Shown: positions 1 through 10,984, counted from the first letter of the stretch. The stretch is DNA of 32,436 nucleotides from a virus (IMGVR_UViG_3300006867_000035:1-32436), one strand, 5' to 3'. Notes: generated by a model from the letters alone, not told the origin. Made by a program: numbers and translations.

Positions 1-69
1 CCATCTTCTGACGGTACAAATTGGTTTTTATGGAACGAAGACACCCTATCTTGGGATGAGTATAGCTAA
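1..69 (+). CDS. 3' end of a tail-region protein (partial)
   Basis: Frame 1 reads PSSDGTNWFLWNEDTLSWDEYS*, resembling the 'P.DG..Y.WNE.T.SW' C-terminus common in phage tail-region proteins; truncated by the window edge. Confidence 0.6.
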   Translation, partial: PSSDGTNWFLWNEDTLSWDEYS

Positions 70-86
70 GGCTAATGGTGAGCTAG

Positions 87-752
87 ATGGCGAATCAGTC
101 GCAACCGCCAAGCCCAACTGGATCTTTATGGACCGATTGGGCTATACGGCTCAACACATACCTGAACCGCGTCAGGACTCTTTTACAGCACAAGTCTGGA
201 GATGAGTCGGCGGAGACAGAAGGTGTCTTGCTGTATGACCCAGAGTTAGATCATGTTGTCGTCTCAAGCAATGGTGCGTTTGAGCCTTTAGCCTGGGGAC
301 ATAACAGCTATGGTTCTTTTTACAGCACTGCCACTCATTCAGCAGGATCGACAAATACCGCAACAGCTATCACATGGGAAAACACTGCGCTCAGTAACGA
401 TGTAGCAATAGACGGTGTTGTGACAAGTCGCATCAACTTCACCTACGCTGGGACGTATCAGATCGACTTCTCATGCGAGTTGCAGTCTGGTAACTCAAGC
501 AGTAAGACGGTGTACATCTGGCCTCGCGTCAACGGGACTGATGTTACATTCTCAACAATTGTCCACACAGTCGCAAACGCTGGTGAGTCCAAAACAGTCA
601 GCAGATCTGGTATATTTGAGCTTAGTGCAGGCGATTACATTGAAGCATATTACGCGGTAACAGATACAAATCTCACTATTGATGGTTCAGCCGCAACAGC
701 ATTCTCCCCTGCTTCACCATCCGCAACTATCATGATTACGGAGTTGAGATAA
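87..752 (+). CDS. Tail-associated structural protein with C-terminal C1q/TNF-like beta-sandwich
   Basis: 221 aa; 'YGSFYST...ITW...SRINFTYAGTYQIDFS...LSAGDYIE' pattern; abuts the nozzle gene. Confidence 0.55.
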   Translation: MANQSQPPSPTGSLWTDWAIRLNTYLNRVRTLLQHKSGDESAETEGVLLYDPELDHVVVSSNGAFEPLAWGHNSYGSFYSTATHSAGSTNTATAITWENTALSNDVAIDGVVTSRINFTYAGTYQIDFSCELQSGNSSSKTVYIWPRVNGTDVTFSTIVHTVANAGESKTVSRSGIFELSAGDYIEAYYAVTDTNLTIDGSAATAFSPASPSATIMITELR

Positions 753-2651
753 ATGCCATTAGTACCACTCGAAATACAACCAGGTGTTTATCGCAACGGC
801 ACTGAGTATCAGGCAAAGGGCAGGTGGTATGACACTAACCTTGTCCGCTGGAGAGAAGGTAAGTTAGAGCCGATTGGTGGGTGGACTAAATACTCAGACA
901 CTCAACTTACTGGTATATGCCGAGGCATCCTCACATGGCGAGCTAACGATGCAACTCGTTGGTTAGCACTCGGCACAGAGACTAATCTGTACTCTGCACA
1001 AGGCGGAACGCTGTACGACATCACTCCAGCTAACTTCACTGACGGGAAGGCGAGTTCAGTCCCTGGTTACGGTTATGGCGCAGGAGCGTATGGTGATGCG
1101 AACTACGGTGACGCTCGCTCAACATCACTCCTTATTGAATTAACAACATGGTCAATGGATAACTGGGGCGAGTATTTGGTTGCTTGTTCTAGCACTGATG
1201 GACGAGTCGTTGAGTATCAATTAGGCGTGACCGGCGGCAGTAATTTGGTCACAAACGGGACTTTTGATGCCGACTCTGATTGGACAAAGGGTACAGGATG
1301 GGCAATTGCTTCTGGTGTTGCGTCATGGACTGGAACCACTGCGGCTAACTTAGAGCAAACGATTACTGGTTTGACAGACACCAAGACCTATGAAGTCTTG
1401 ATCACTCTGATCGATCCAGACAACGATGCGGATGCGACTACGATCCCTAGCGCAAAGATCAAGGTGACCGGCTCTACATCAACCACAGAGCTAATGGACA
1501 AGACGCTGACTGTCGGAGCCAACGTGTTCCGGTTCGTTACTGACGATACATCTGTGGATATTGATATCTACCCATCGTCTGACTCTGAGCCTAACTTTGA
1601 CGTTGACGCTGTGAGCATCTTATTGGTTCCTGCGGCAGAGGTCATTGCTAACGCGCCAGTGAATAATGTAGGCGTGATCGTGACAAACGAGCGTTATCTC
1701 GTGTGCCTGGGTGCTGGCGGTAACAAGCGCAAGGTCCAATGGTCTACGCAGGAAGACAACACAGTCTGGACACCTGCGGCTACGAATACTGCTGGTGACC
1801 TAGAGTTAGAAACCTCTGGACGTATCCGGTGCGCTCGCAAGGTAGGCAACGACATTCTAATCTGGACAGACACAGACGTACACTTGATGCGTTACGTTGG
1901 ACCTCCATTCGTTTATGGCATTGAGCGTGTCGCGACTGGTGCTGGTATTGTTGGCCCTAACGCTGTCGCTGTGGCAGGTAACACTGCGATCTGGCTGAGC
2001 GAATCAGGGTTCTGGACCTACGATGGTTCTGTAAGGCCGCTTCAGTGTGACGCATTGTTAGAGGTCACAGATAGTATGAATCGCCAACAGCAGGCTAAGA
2101 CCTTTGGCGGCCACAACTCTGAGTTTGGTGAGTTCTGGTTCTTCTATCCATCAACCGACACGCCAGAAGATACCGGCGAGAACGACAAGTACATCGCGTA
2201 CAACTATCGTCTAAGCCACTGGATGATCGGGTCACTCAGCAGAACTGCATGGGAGGACCAAGGGACATACAACAATCCATTCGGTGTTGGTGCTGATAGA
2301 TACATCTACGAGCATGAGAACGGTTGGACTAATGATGGCACGACTCGTGTCGGTACAGTCTACGCTCAGTCTGGACCAGTAGAGATCGGGCAAGGTGATC
2401 GCTTTGCAGTGGTCAACAGGATCATCGCAGACGAGTACGCACAGTTACCTTCGGTGAAGGCGACTATCACCGCACAAAAGACACCACAGGACACTGGATC
2501 ATCCTATGAATACACATTCGATCAGGTTGATGGCTATGTGGACACCAGGATCAATGCTCGACAGCTACAGGTTAAACTAGAGGCTGTTGAGGACGATGGA
2601 TTTAAGTTTGGCACACTCCGCATGGACGTAAGACAAGGTAGTCGCCGGTAG
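753..2651 (+). CDS. Tail nozzle / DNA stabilisation protein (P22 gp10 / tail tubular B-like)
   Basis: 632 aa beta-propeller-like protein (MPLVPLEIQPGVYRNGT, WSMDNWGEYLVAC, VQWSTQED..W) upstream of ejection genes. Confidence 0.75.
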   Translation: MPLVPLEIQPGVYRNGTEYQAKGRWYDTNLVRWREGKLEPIGGWTKYSDTQLTGICRGILTWRANDATRWLALGTETNLYSAQGGTLYDITPANFTDGKASSVPGYGYGAGAYGDANYGDARSTSLLIELTTWSMDNWGEYLVACSSTDGRVVEYQLGVTGGSNLVTNGTFDADSDWTKGTGWAIASGVASWTGTTAANLEQTITGLTDTKTYEVLITLIDPDNDADATTIPSAKIKVTGSTSTTELMDKTLTVGANVFRFVTDDTSVDIDIYPSSDSEPNFDVDAVSILLVPAAEVIANAPVNNVGVIVTNERYLVCLGAGGNKRKVQWSTQEDNTVWTPAATNTAGDLELETSGRIRCARKVGNDILIWTDTDVHLMRYVGPPFVYGIERVATGAGIVGPNAVAVAGNTAIWLSESGFWTYDGSVRPLQCDALLEVTDSMNRQQQAKTFGGHNSEFGEFWFFYPSTDTPEDTGENDKYIAYNYRLSHWMIGSLSRTAWEDQGTYNNPFGVGADRYIYEHENGWTNDGTTRVGTVYAQSGPVEIGQGDRFAVVNRIIADEYAQLPSVKATITAQKTPQDTGSSYEYTFDQVDGYVDTRINARQLQVKLEAVEDDGFKFGTLRMDVRQGSRR

Positions 2652-3019
2652 TGAGTGTAGAGGCCGAGCTAGATCGGTGCAGGCCGTGGATTGAGGCGGC
2701 ACTAGAGTACGCAGGCGGGACGCACATCTATGAGGATATCGTCCAGTCTGTGATGGAAGGCAAGATGCAATTGTGGGCAGGAGAAAAGGGATGCGCTGTT
2801 ACAGAAATCATCCAATACCCACGCAAAAAGGTCATCCATGTGTTTCTAGCGGGTGGAGATATGAGTCAAATCATTGATTTTGAGGCATCTGCGCTAGAAT
2901 TTGGTAGAATGAACGGGTGTACAACAATGACGCTTGCAGGGCGCAAGGGTTGGACAAAAGTTTTAGGCAACCACGGTTGGAAAGAATCGTTCGTTGTCAT
3001 GAGCAAGGAGACTTCTTAA
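2651..3019 (+). CDS. GNAT-like virion assembly protein (P22 gp14 / T7 gp13 position)
   Basis: GTG start, 122 aa; 'IHVFLAGG...GCTTMTLAGRKGW.KVL...GW' pattern; position between nozzle and ejection genes. Confidence 0.6.
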   Translation: MSVEAELDRCRPWIEAALEYAGGTHIYEDIVQSVMEGKMQLWAGEKGCAVTEIIQYPRKKVIHVFLAGGDMSQIIDFEASALEFGRMNGCTTMTLAGRKGWTKVLGNHGWKESFVVMSKETS

Positions 3020-3787
3020 ATGAGCGGCGGTAAAGGCGGAAGCCAGTCAGCACAGGTTCAAATTCCACAGTGGGCGGAAGACGCGGCAAGACAAAACATC
3101 GCTCGCGCTCAGGCCGTTCAGAACATGCCGTATGCGCCGATTATGGGGCCGACTATGGCAGGGTTCACATCTGGACAAAAAGCCGGTATGGAGTCTCAGG
3201 CGGCACTTGCACAGCGCATGGGCATCATCCCACAAAGCTACGATGTTGCATCTGGTTACATGCCAGGTGAGATCGATGTGGGCAATGGTCTGACAGCATA
3301 CGCAAGCTATCCTGGAGCCAAAGAGCGAGTCCTTGCCGCCTTTGAAGAGAATCCAGCACTGCAACGCTCGTATGAATCTCTGTACGCAAACGCTCCAACG
3401 TACCAAGAAATCAGAACTGCTGACTTAATGAGTCAATTACCAAGCAACACACTTGATGCATTGATGGCCTCTCAAGGCGGCGATGGCGATAACACACCTT
3501 CAGGCGGTGGGTTCACCGTGGGAGATATACAAGGTTTCGCGCAAAATGATCTAGGCGCTTTGGCGTTCTTACCAGGAAGTATTCTCGCGCAAAAAATAGC
3601 TCAAGATTACGTCAATAAGCAAGCAAAAGACCCAACTAGCGACTATTACAATATTAACCAAGGCATTGATGGTAATACTTACACTACAAGCACAGGCGAA
3701 GAGCGTGATATTTCAGGCTTGAGCGCAGAAGCAAGATCAGGTTTATCGAAAACATCTTTCGATAGCGCTTATGGGTTTGGAGATTAG
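3020..3787 (+). CDS. Putative internal virion / ejection protein
   Basis: 255 aa; 'MSGGKGGSQSAQVQIPQW' N-terminus typical of podoviral pilot proteins. Confidence 0.55.
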   Translation: MSGGKGGSQSAQVQIPQWAEDAARQNIARAQAVQNMPYAPIMGPTMAGFTSGQKAGMESQAALAQRMGIIPQSYDVASGYMPGEIDVGNGLTAYASYPGAKERVLAAFEENPALQRSYESLYANAPTYQEIRTADLMSQLPSNTLDALMASQGGDGDNTPSGGGFTVGDIQGFAQNDLGALAFLPGSILAQKIAQDYVNKQAKDPTSDYYNINQGIDGNTYTTSTGEERDISGLSAEARSGLSKTSFDSAYGFGD

Positions 3788-3789
3788 TA

Positions 3790-4902
3790 ATGGCAGTTTT
3801 AATCGGATCACAACCAGGTGCTACTTTCGCATTACCTCAGCGTGATACATTGAATTACGGCGCTCCTGCTCCAGTAGCTATCGGCCCTACACCAACAGAT
3901 ATTGCTATGAGCAGTGGGGTTACGCAGGGTACTACTATTGATACCCCTTATATTCCTACAGCAAATGACATTGGGTTGTACTTAAATGCGCGTCCAGATA
4001 TCACTGATCAAGAAATCAGAGATGCTTTAGCGCAATATAACATCAGCCCTGAATTGGTTGCACAGGCGTCACAAGATGCTCAATCAAGAATCGCATCTGC
4101 ATCTGCACCTGTAGAGGACACGGCAGTGAGTGACCAATACTCTGCCGGAGGAAGACCTGCTCCTACAGCGGCTACAGAGCCAAAAAGCCTGTTCGATACT
4201 TCACTAGACTACATGAAGCGTAGCGCTGAAGGCACTGAGACGTTAGCTAGTTACACTCCAGAGACAGTTACAGCAGGAACACTACCTGGTGTAGATATCT
4301 CTCAATACATGGACCCATACACTCAACAGGTCATTGATACATCACTAGCAGATCTTGAGCGTCAGCGTTTAATCCAACAGCAAGGTATCGGCGCACAGGC
4401 GCAGGCGGCAGGTGCGTTCGGCGGATCTCGCATGGGCATCCAAGAGGCAATGACCAATGAGGCGTTTGCTCGTCAAGCAGGTACATTGGCGGCAGGACTA
4501 CGTTCAGCAGGATTTACTCAGGCGCAAAACCTCGCGCAAACAGATTTGGCTCGTCAGCTACAGGCTGATCAGTTAAATCAAGCGGCAGGACTTTCTGGCG
4601 CTCAGTTCCAACTCGGTGCTTACAACCAACTTGGTGGCATGGGTCTAACTGGGTACAACCTAGCAAACCAACAGATGAACCAGTTCATGGCGAACGAGGC
4701 TATGAAGCAAGGCTTGCAAACTAACCTGTACGGTCAGCAAGTAGGTCAGGCTACAGGATTCTTTGGACAGCCAGTACAAAGCCTACCGTATGTATCAGCG
4801 GCACTCGGAGCATCTCCAATGCCACAGACAACAACACAAAGCCGTTCGCCAGGTGCGTTTGATTACCTTACGTTAGGCGCGTACATGTTCCCATACAGGT
4901 AA
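3790..4902 (+). CDS. Putative DNA ejection (pilot) protein
   Basis: 370 aa Q/A/G-rich; 'YMDPYTQQVID...AQAAGAFGGSR' motif. Confidence 0.65.
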   Translation: MAVLIGSQPGATFALPQRDTLNYGAPAPVAIGPTPTDIAMSSGVTQGTTIDTPYIPTANDIGLYLNARPDITDQEIRDALAQYNISPELVAQASQDAQSRIASASAPVEDTAVSDQYSAGGRPAPTAATEPKSLFDTSLDYMKRSAEGTETLASYTPETVTAGTLPGVDISQYMDPYTQQVIDTSLADLERQRLIQQQGIGAQAQAAGAFGGSRMGIQEAMTNEAFARQAGTLAAGLRSAGFTQAQNLAQTDLARQLQADQLNQAAGLSGAQFQLGAYNQLGGMGLTGYNLANQQMNQFMANEAMKQGLQTNLYGQQVGQATGFFGQPVQSLPYVSAALGASPMPQTTTQSRSPGAFDYLTLGAYMFPYR

Positions 4903-4914
4903 GCGGAGAAGACA

Positions 4915-6360
4915 ATGTTAAGACCACGCGGAATGGGGATCATGGATTTCATCGCTAAGACAGGCGCTGATCTCATCACTCCTCCACAGGCAAGTCCAAT
5001 AGTTCAAAATCAAAGTTATTTGAGCAGATCAATGGGCCGCCCACAGGTTGATATTTCAGCAACATTGCCAACAAAGATGAACACAGCATACCCATCTGGG
5101 ATGGTTGCTATGCAGGAAACAACCCCACAAGTTCAGGCAATGATGCGCGGACAAGCTCCAGAGCGCACTGCGACAGTAACACCTCCACAGGTAACAGCGG
5201 CTCGCCCACAGATGCTTGAGCCTAACCGCATGATAGGTGAGCGTGGACCTGTTGGATCTGGCGTAATGCAACCAGGTATGGATCGCGAGAAGATGATCGC
5301 GGCGGCTAAGGTTGCAGAGGTTGAAGCCAAGAACCCAGAACTCAAAGCAGATCCATCATTCCAAGATCGAGTCAAAGGATTTTTTGGCGACAGAGAGAAG
5401 ATGCTCGGACTCGCACTGGCGTTCAACTCGATGCGGTTAAATCCAGACACTGGACTTGCTACGATCATTGGCTCTGAACTGAAGGACATCCGGGACACTC
5501 GCAGGATACAGGCGACAGCAAATCGTACAGCAGATGCTTTAGAGAAGTTCGATCCTAAGCTCGCGCAAGCAGTTAGAGAAGGAATGGACCCTAAAACTGC
5601 TATCGAGATGTATCAATCTCAGAGAAAAGGTGTTGTTGTCGGCAAGAAGATCGTCAACCCATACACATCACAAGTCATTTATGACGGCACTGGTGAAGAT
5701 GGAGAGCTTCCGGCGGCATATAGAACATTACAGTTGCGCGCTGAAGCGGCAGGACTAAAACCTGGAACCGAACCGTTCAATCAATTTATGATCAATGGCG
5801 GTCAACGCTCAGGATTGAGTATTAAGACAAATCCTGACGGCACATTTGAGATCACTGAAGGCGGTGCGACTGCAAGTAAGTTGACTGAAGGTCAGACAAA
5901 CGCTTTGACATTCGGCGGACGTATGCAGTCATCTGGACAAATCTTGAATCAGGTTGAGTCGCAAGGGACAGACCTTTATCAAAGTTTAGTGCAAAATATT
6001 CCAATTGCAGGTAACTATTTATTGAGTCCTGAATATCAGTCGTACTCACAGGCAAAACGCGATTTCATTAACGCTGTGTTGCGTAAGGAGTCAGGTGCGG
6101 CAATTGCGGCCAGTGAGTTTGATAACGCTGACAAACAATACTTCCCACAACCTGGGGACAGCGATCAAGTAATATCACAAAAACGTGCTAATCGTGAATT
6201 GGCAACTAAATTGATGATGGCTGGCGTTCCTATCAAGGGATTAACAGAAGATCCAAAAGTGATCTTGCAAAATGTAGCTCAAGGTATTCAAAAGCCTGCT
6301 GGGGTATCTCAGCAAATCTGGGATGCAATGACTAATGAAGAAAGGCTTGCATTTAAGTAA
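4915..6360 (+). CDS. Putative DNA ejection protein
   Basis: 481 aa; 'KLTEGQ...RM...FINAVLRKESGAAI...E...YFPQPGD' domain seen in podoviral internal proteins; SD GGAG upstream. Confidence 0.6.
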   Translation: MLRPRGMGIMDFIAKTGADLITPPQASPIVQNQSYLSRSMGRPQVDISATLPTKMNTAYPSGMVAMQETTPQVQAMMRGQAPERTATVTPPQVTAARPQMLEPNRMIGERGPVGSGVMQPGMDREKMIAAAKVAEVEAKNPELKADPSFQDRVKGFFGDREKMLGLALAFNSMRLNPDTGLATIIGSELKDIRDTRRIQATANRTADALEKFDPKLAQAVREGMDPKTAIEMYQSQRKGVVVGKKIVNPYTSQVIYDGTGEDGELPAAYRTLQLRAEAAGLKPGTEPFNQFMINGGQRSGLSIKTNPDGTFEITEGGATASKLTEGQTNALTFGGRMQSSGQILNQVESQGTDLYQSLVQNIPIAGNYLLSPEYQSYSQAKRDFINAVLRKESGAAIAASEFDNADKQYFPQPGDSDQVISQKRANRELATKLMMAGVPIKGLTEDPKVILQNVAQGIQKPAGVSQQIWDAMTNEERLAFK

Positions 6361-6369
6361 GGAGCGGAA

Positions 6370-8646
6370 ATGACCCCGACACCACAACAACAGGCCGCTA
6401 TTGATGCCGCAACAGCAAGGCTTGGCGGATCGGTAACAACTCCAGGTGGGCAAACATTCACTCCTGAACAAATGCGTATCATGGAGCAAGTGCAGGAAAG
6501 GGTTAAGGCCAAGTCATATGATGTGGTTAAGACTCTTCCTGATGGCTCTCAAGTTTTGCAGTTCAGTGATGGAACAATGCAAGTTCTCAACCAAGAGGCA
6601 GGACTTGCATCGAAAGACCCAGATATCGTCAACGCGGCAATGCGCGGCGAAAGCCCAGTAGAGGCATCAAGGCAGAAACGCGCAGGAGAGATCCTTGCAC
6701 AGCCTGGAGCGATGCGAGGCGCTAAAGGTGCAACTTTACTCAAGGGTCTTCCTTTTGCTGGATCGTACATGGATGAGTTCATTGGTCAGACACCTCGTGA
6801 AGAGGCGCAGATCAGAGGTCTACAATCGGCATTTGAAACACAGCGTCCAGGTGAGGCATTAGCAGGACAGGTTGCTGGCGGAGTTGCTGGTGGCTCGGTA
6901 TTGGGCTTAGGTTCAACATTCGTTGGCGGGGCGCAGTTAATTGATAAAATCTCTCGCCTACCGAGAGCAGGAAAGTATCTATCGTATCTTGGTCTTGGTG
7001 GCGCACTCGGCGGCAGTGAGGCCGCTATCTATGCGACTGGCGAAGACAAAGATCCAACAAAGGCTGGAATGATTGGCGGTGCTATTGGTGGTGCAGTTGC
7101 AACAGGTGTCCCCGCAATTGGCTCAACATTAGCCAAAGGGTACGCAAACCTCAAAACATTCTTAGGACGTAAAGACCTAACGAACATTGCATCGACTCTT
7201 GGTGTATCAAACGAAACTGCAAAAGTTATTCAGTCTGTTGTACAGCAGGGTGATGCTGATCTCGCTGATATGTTGGCGGCGATTGATCGCGCAGGCGAGC
7301 AGGGTATGATCGCTGATGCAGATATCGCTACTCAGGTGTTGCTTGATGCGGCGGCGGCTACAGAAGGTGGAGCGGCGGCCATTGTTCGTTCTGCTGTAGA
7401 AGGCAGAGCCAAGCAAGCAGGTCAGCAGTTAGAGACGACTCTTGGTGAAACCATTTCTCCGCGCCCAACTACTGCGGCAGGTGAAGCGGCTGATGTACAA
7501 GATATCGCCTCAGAGATTGCGGCTCAGACAAGACCACAAAGACAAGCGGCATACAACAAGGCATACAACACTCCAGTACGTTATGACACAGACGCAGGTA
7601 GAGCGATTGAGTCTCTGATCGGACGCATTCCATCTGGAACTTTGCGTAAGGCGATCAGTGAAGCAAACGACACAATGCAAGTAGAGGGTGTTGGCACTAA
7701 ACAGATTATGGCTGATATCGCTGATGATGGATCAGTAACATTTATCGAAATGCCAAACATGGTACAGCTAGACTATATCAAGCGCTCTCTCGGAAAGATC
7801 GGCCAAGAAGTAGACAACCTCGGAAGACCAACATCTGAGGCAGGCCGCGCTCAGTCTCTATATCGTGAGTTAAGCACAGCGCTTGGCATAGCGGTTCCAG
7901 CATACAAGGAAGCCGTGAAACTTGGCGGAGATAAGATAGGCCGAGATCAGGCGCTACAGATTGGCGAGAGCGCATTAAAAACAAATGTGACTCCTCGTCA
8001 GGTTGCTCGTGATCTTGCAGGTCTTGATGAGGGCCAAAAGTTATACGCTCGTGTTGGACTGCGTGACGCGATTGAGCGCACTATCGATAACGTAAAGGCA
8101 ACCATTGCATCTCCTGATGTTGATGTGAAAGCACTGCAAAACATTTTGCGTGATCTTTCATCTAAGGCAAATCAGTCTAAGGTGAAGTACATAATCGGTA
8201 ATGAGAACGCGGCTAAGTTGTTCAGAGAGTTAGAAAAAGCCAATGCGGCGCTCTCTCTACGGGCGGCTGTTGCAGTGAACTCAAAGACAGCGATTAGGCA
8301 GTCAATGAAAGAAAGCATTGAGGCTTTAACAGAGCCTGGTGCTTTACAAACTGCAATGCAGGGTGAGCCAATCACAGCAATTCAGCAAGTAGTTAAGGCA
8401 ACCACTGGCGCTGGCACTGAGTACACAGAAGCTCAGAAGAGCCAGATCATGCGTGAGATTGCTCGTGCAATGACCCAGGCTCGTGGCGAGGCGGCAAAAG
8501 ATCAGTTGAAAGTGATTTATAATGCTGTGAAAGAGAATCGTGCGACAGCCGAAGAAATGCAGAGGGCGGCAGATTTCTTAGTGAATAGTGTTACATTACC
8601 ATCTGCAATGTTTGGAACAGCGGCGGCGACTAGGGATCAACAATGA
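6370..8646 (+). CDS. Large DNA ejection protein (P22 gp16-like role)
   Basis: 758 aa, helical and Ala-rich with Gly-rich hydrophobic segments; SD AAGGAG; last gene of the ejection cluster. Confidence 0.6.
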   Translation: MTPTPQQQAAIDAATARLGGSVTTPGGQTFTPEQMRIMEQVQERVKAKSYDVVKTLPDGSQVLQFSDGTMQVLNQEAGLASKDPDIVNAAMRGESPVEASRQKRAGEILAQPGAMRGAKGATLLKGLPFAGSYMDEFIGQTPREEAQIRGLQSAFETQRPGEALAGQVAGGVAGGSVLGLGSTFVGGAQLIDKISRLPRAGKYLSYLGLGGALGGSEAAIYATGEDKDPTKAGMIGGAIGGAVATGVPAIGSTLAKGYANLKTFLGRKDLTNIASTLGVSNETAKVIQSVVQQGDADLADMLAAIDRAGEQGMIADADIATQVLLDAAAATEGGAAAIVRSAVEGRAKQAGQQLETTLGETISPRPTTAAGEAADVQDIASEIAAQTRPQRQAAYNKAYNTPVRYDTDAGRAIESLIGRIPSGTLRKAISEANDTMQVEGVGTKQIMADIADDGSVTFIEMPNMVQLDYIKRSLGKIGQEVDNLGRPTSEAGRAQSLYRELSTALGIAVPAYKEAVKLGGDKIGRDQALQIGESALKTNVTPRQVARDLAGLDEGQKLYARVGLRDAIERTIDNVKATIASPDVDVKALQNILRDLSSKANQSKVKYIIGNENAAKLFRELEKANAALSLRAAVAVNSKTAIRQSMKESIEALTEPGALQTAMQGEPITAIQQVVKATTGAGTEYTEAQKSQIMREIARAMTQARGEAAKDQLKVIYNAVKENRATAEEMQRAADFLVNSVTLPSAMFGTAAATRDQQ

Positions 8647-10751
8647 TAGACAAACCACAACCAATGGATGAAGGTCAGATCGAAAGCATTGCTCGTGATG
8701 CTGTATCTGACGCTATCGACTTCATTGAGTCTGAGATCGCTCAGGATCGTATTAAGGCGCAACGCTACTTTGAAGGCGAGGTAGACCTCGGTGAAGAGGA
8801 AGGCCGGAGCAAGATTGTAGCGACTAAGGTGCGTGACACCATTCGCCAGATCAAGCCATCCCTGATGCGTGTGTTCCTATCAAATGAGAGCTATGTCCAG
8901 TTCACTCCATCTAAGCCACAGGACGTTGAGGCGGCTGACGTAGCCACTCGGTACGTCCACTCTCAGTTCACTGAGAAGAATGGCTATCGAGTTATCAACG
9001 ATGTGTTCCACGATGCACTGTTGAAAAAGGCAGGTGTTGTAAAGGTCTACTGGGACGAGGCACAGAAGTCAGATACACACGAGTACACTAACCTGACAGA
9101 AGAAGAGTTCATGCTTCTGGCCCAGGATGATGACGTTGATGTCACTCAGCACTCAGTTACTTACGAGGTGCAGATGGACGAGCAAGGAGTGGAGATACAG
9201 ATTCCATTCCATGACGCAAAGATTGTACGCACAACAACAGAAGGCTCGTTGCGCGTTGAGTCAGTACCTCCAGAAGAGTTCTTTGTAGACCGTAACTCTA
9301 AGTCGATTGACGACTTCTATGTGATCGGCCACAGAACAGAGATGCGAGCCGGTGACTTGGTTGCGATGGGTTATGACCCTGACATCGTGTTCAGCCTATC
9401 TGGTATCTCTGATCACGACACAATGGCTGAGGCGGAAGACTTTGAACGCCGTGGCTACGATCAAGAGCAAGATGAAGATATCCGCGATCCATCAATGCGT
9501 AAGGTTGCTGTCACAGAAGCCTATATGCGTATCGATGTGGATGGCACTGGCGTGGCACAGTTGCACAAGATCACGATGGGCGGTGGGCAGTATCAACTAC
9601 TCGACTATGAGCCTTGGGATCAAATCCCATTCGCAGTATTTGAGTGTGACCCAGAGCCACATGCGTTCTTTGGGCGCTCAGTTGCTGATCTGATCATTGA
9701 AGACCAGGATGCGGCAACGGCTATCTTGCGTGGTGTTCTTGATAACATTGCAATGGTCAACAATCCTCGCCTAGCGATGGTTGAGGGTCAGGTAAACATT
9801 GATGATCTACTGAACAACGAGATCGGTGGCATTGTTCGCCTACGCGATCCAAACGCAGTACAGCAACTCAACATCCCATTTGCGGCAGGCCAAGTGCTTG
9901 GAGCGATGCAGTATTACGATCAGGTAGTCGAGTCAAAGACTGGTGTCTCAAAGGCATCTGTTGGCCTAGATCCTGATGCGCTGAACAATCAGACAGCGAC
10001 AGCGGCTCGTCTCACAGCGAGTGCGGCGGCAGGACAGATTGAGGTCATTGCTCGCAACTTAGCAGAGGGCGGTATGTCACGCATGTTCAAGCTCATGCTG
10101 AAGCTACTTGCCGAGAACTCTCCAGAAGAACAAATGATGCGTATGACCGGCGGTATGTTTAGACCGATTGATCCGCGCTCATGGAACACAGAGATGTCGA
10201 TTTCTGTGAATGTAGGCTTGGGTACTGGTAAGGAAGATGAGCGTCTCATGGCGCTTCAGCAGACCTTACAGACACAGTTGCAGTTCTATCAGACAGGCGG
10301 TCCAAACAACGGCATCGTCAGTATGACAAACATCCGCAATACTTTGGCCGATATCCTGGCGATCACAGGTATCCGCAACTCTGATCGCTACTACCAGACA
10401 ATGACTCCTGAGATCGAAGCTCAGTTGATCATGATGCAACAGCAGGCAATGGCTCAGGCGGCACAAGGTCAGCAAGACCAACAGGCGCAAGCACTGGTGC
10501 AGGCCGAGACAATCCGAGCGCAGGCTAAGGCTCAGTCAGATCTGGCTAAGATCCAGTTGGATGCTCAGAAGGCTCTGGCACAGGATGACCGCGAGCGCGA
10601 TAAGATGGATCAAGACCTACTTATCAAGGCCGCTGAGATCATCGGCAAGTACGGCACTGCGGTAGACGTAGAGAACATCAAGAGCATGCAAAAACAGCAA
10701 CGATTCGCTGATGTGTCTCCGGCTCAAGCAGTCGCTCAAAGTAGGTACTAA
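8643..10751 (+). CDS. Portal protein
   Basis: 702 aa; 'GRSKIVATKVRD', 'DALLKKAGVVKVYW', 'VPPEEF', 'PEPHAFFGRSVAD' and Q-rich C-terminal barrel typical of P22-like portals; precedes scaffold and capsid. Confidence 0.9.
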   Translation: MIDKPQPMDEGQIESIARDAVSDAIDFIESEIAQDRIKAQRYFEGEVDLGEEEGRSKIVATKVRDTIRQIKPSLMRVFLSNESYVQFTPSKPQDVEAADVATRYVHSQFTEKNGYRVINDVFHDALLKKAGVVKVYWDEAQKSDTHEYTNLTEEEFMLLAQDDDVDVTQHSVTYEVQMDEQGVEIQIPFHDAKIVRTTTEGSLRVESVPPEEFFVDRNSKSIDDFYVIGHRTEMRAGDLVAMGYDPDIVFSLSGISDHDTMAEAEDFERRGYDQEQDEDIRDPSMRKVAVTEAYMRIDVDGTGVAQLHKITMGGGQYQLLDYEPWDQIPFAVFECDPEPHAFFGRSVADLIIEDQDAATAILRGVLDNIAMVNNPRLAMVEGQVNIDDLLNNEIGGIVRLRDPNAVQQLNIPFAAGQVLGAMQYYDQVVESKTGVSKASVGLDPDALNNQTATAARLTASAAAGQIEVIARNLAEGGMSRMFKLMLKLLAENSPEEQMMRMTGGMFRPIDPRSWNTEMSISVNVGLGTGKEDERLMALQQTLQTQLQFYQTGGPNNGIVSMTNIRNTLADILAITGIRNSDRYYQTMTPEIEAQLIMMQQQAMAQAAQGQQDQQAQALVQAETIRAQAKAQSDLAKIQLDAQKALAQDDRERDKMDQDLLIKAAEIIGKYGTAVDVENIKSMQKQQRFADVSPAQAVAQSRY

Positions 10752-10984
10752 TGTCGAACATTAAAGATAGGGCTGGAAAGATACGCGATCTCATGCGTGA
10801 CGAGACATTCAGGGATGTCATGCAAGGGGTCAGAACTGAGCAAGTTGGTGTATTTTTATCCAGTAATGCTACAATCGAAGATATTGAGGAAGCGCATCAA
10901 ATCGTTGTTGCACTTGATAAAATTGAGGCGTACATGCGTACCGTACTAAATGACGAGGCCGTGTACGACAAGAAAAACACTTAG
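10751..10984 (+). CDS. Small conserved protein between portal and scaffold
   Basis: 77 aa helical ORF, coupled to the portal stop (TAATG). Confidence 0.7.
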   Translation: MSNIKDRAGKIRDLMRDETFRDVMQGVRTEQVGVFLSSNATIEDIEEAHQIVVALDKIEAYMRTVLNDEAVYDKKNT

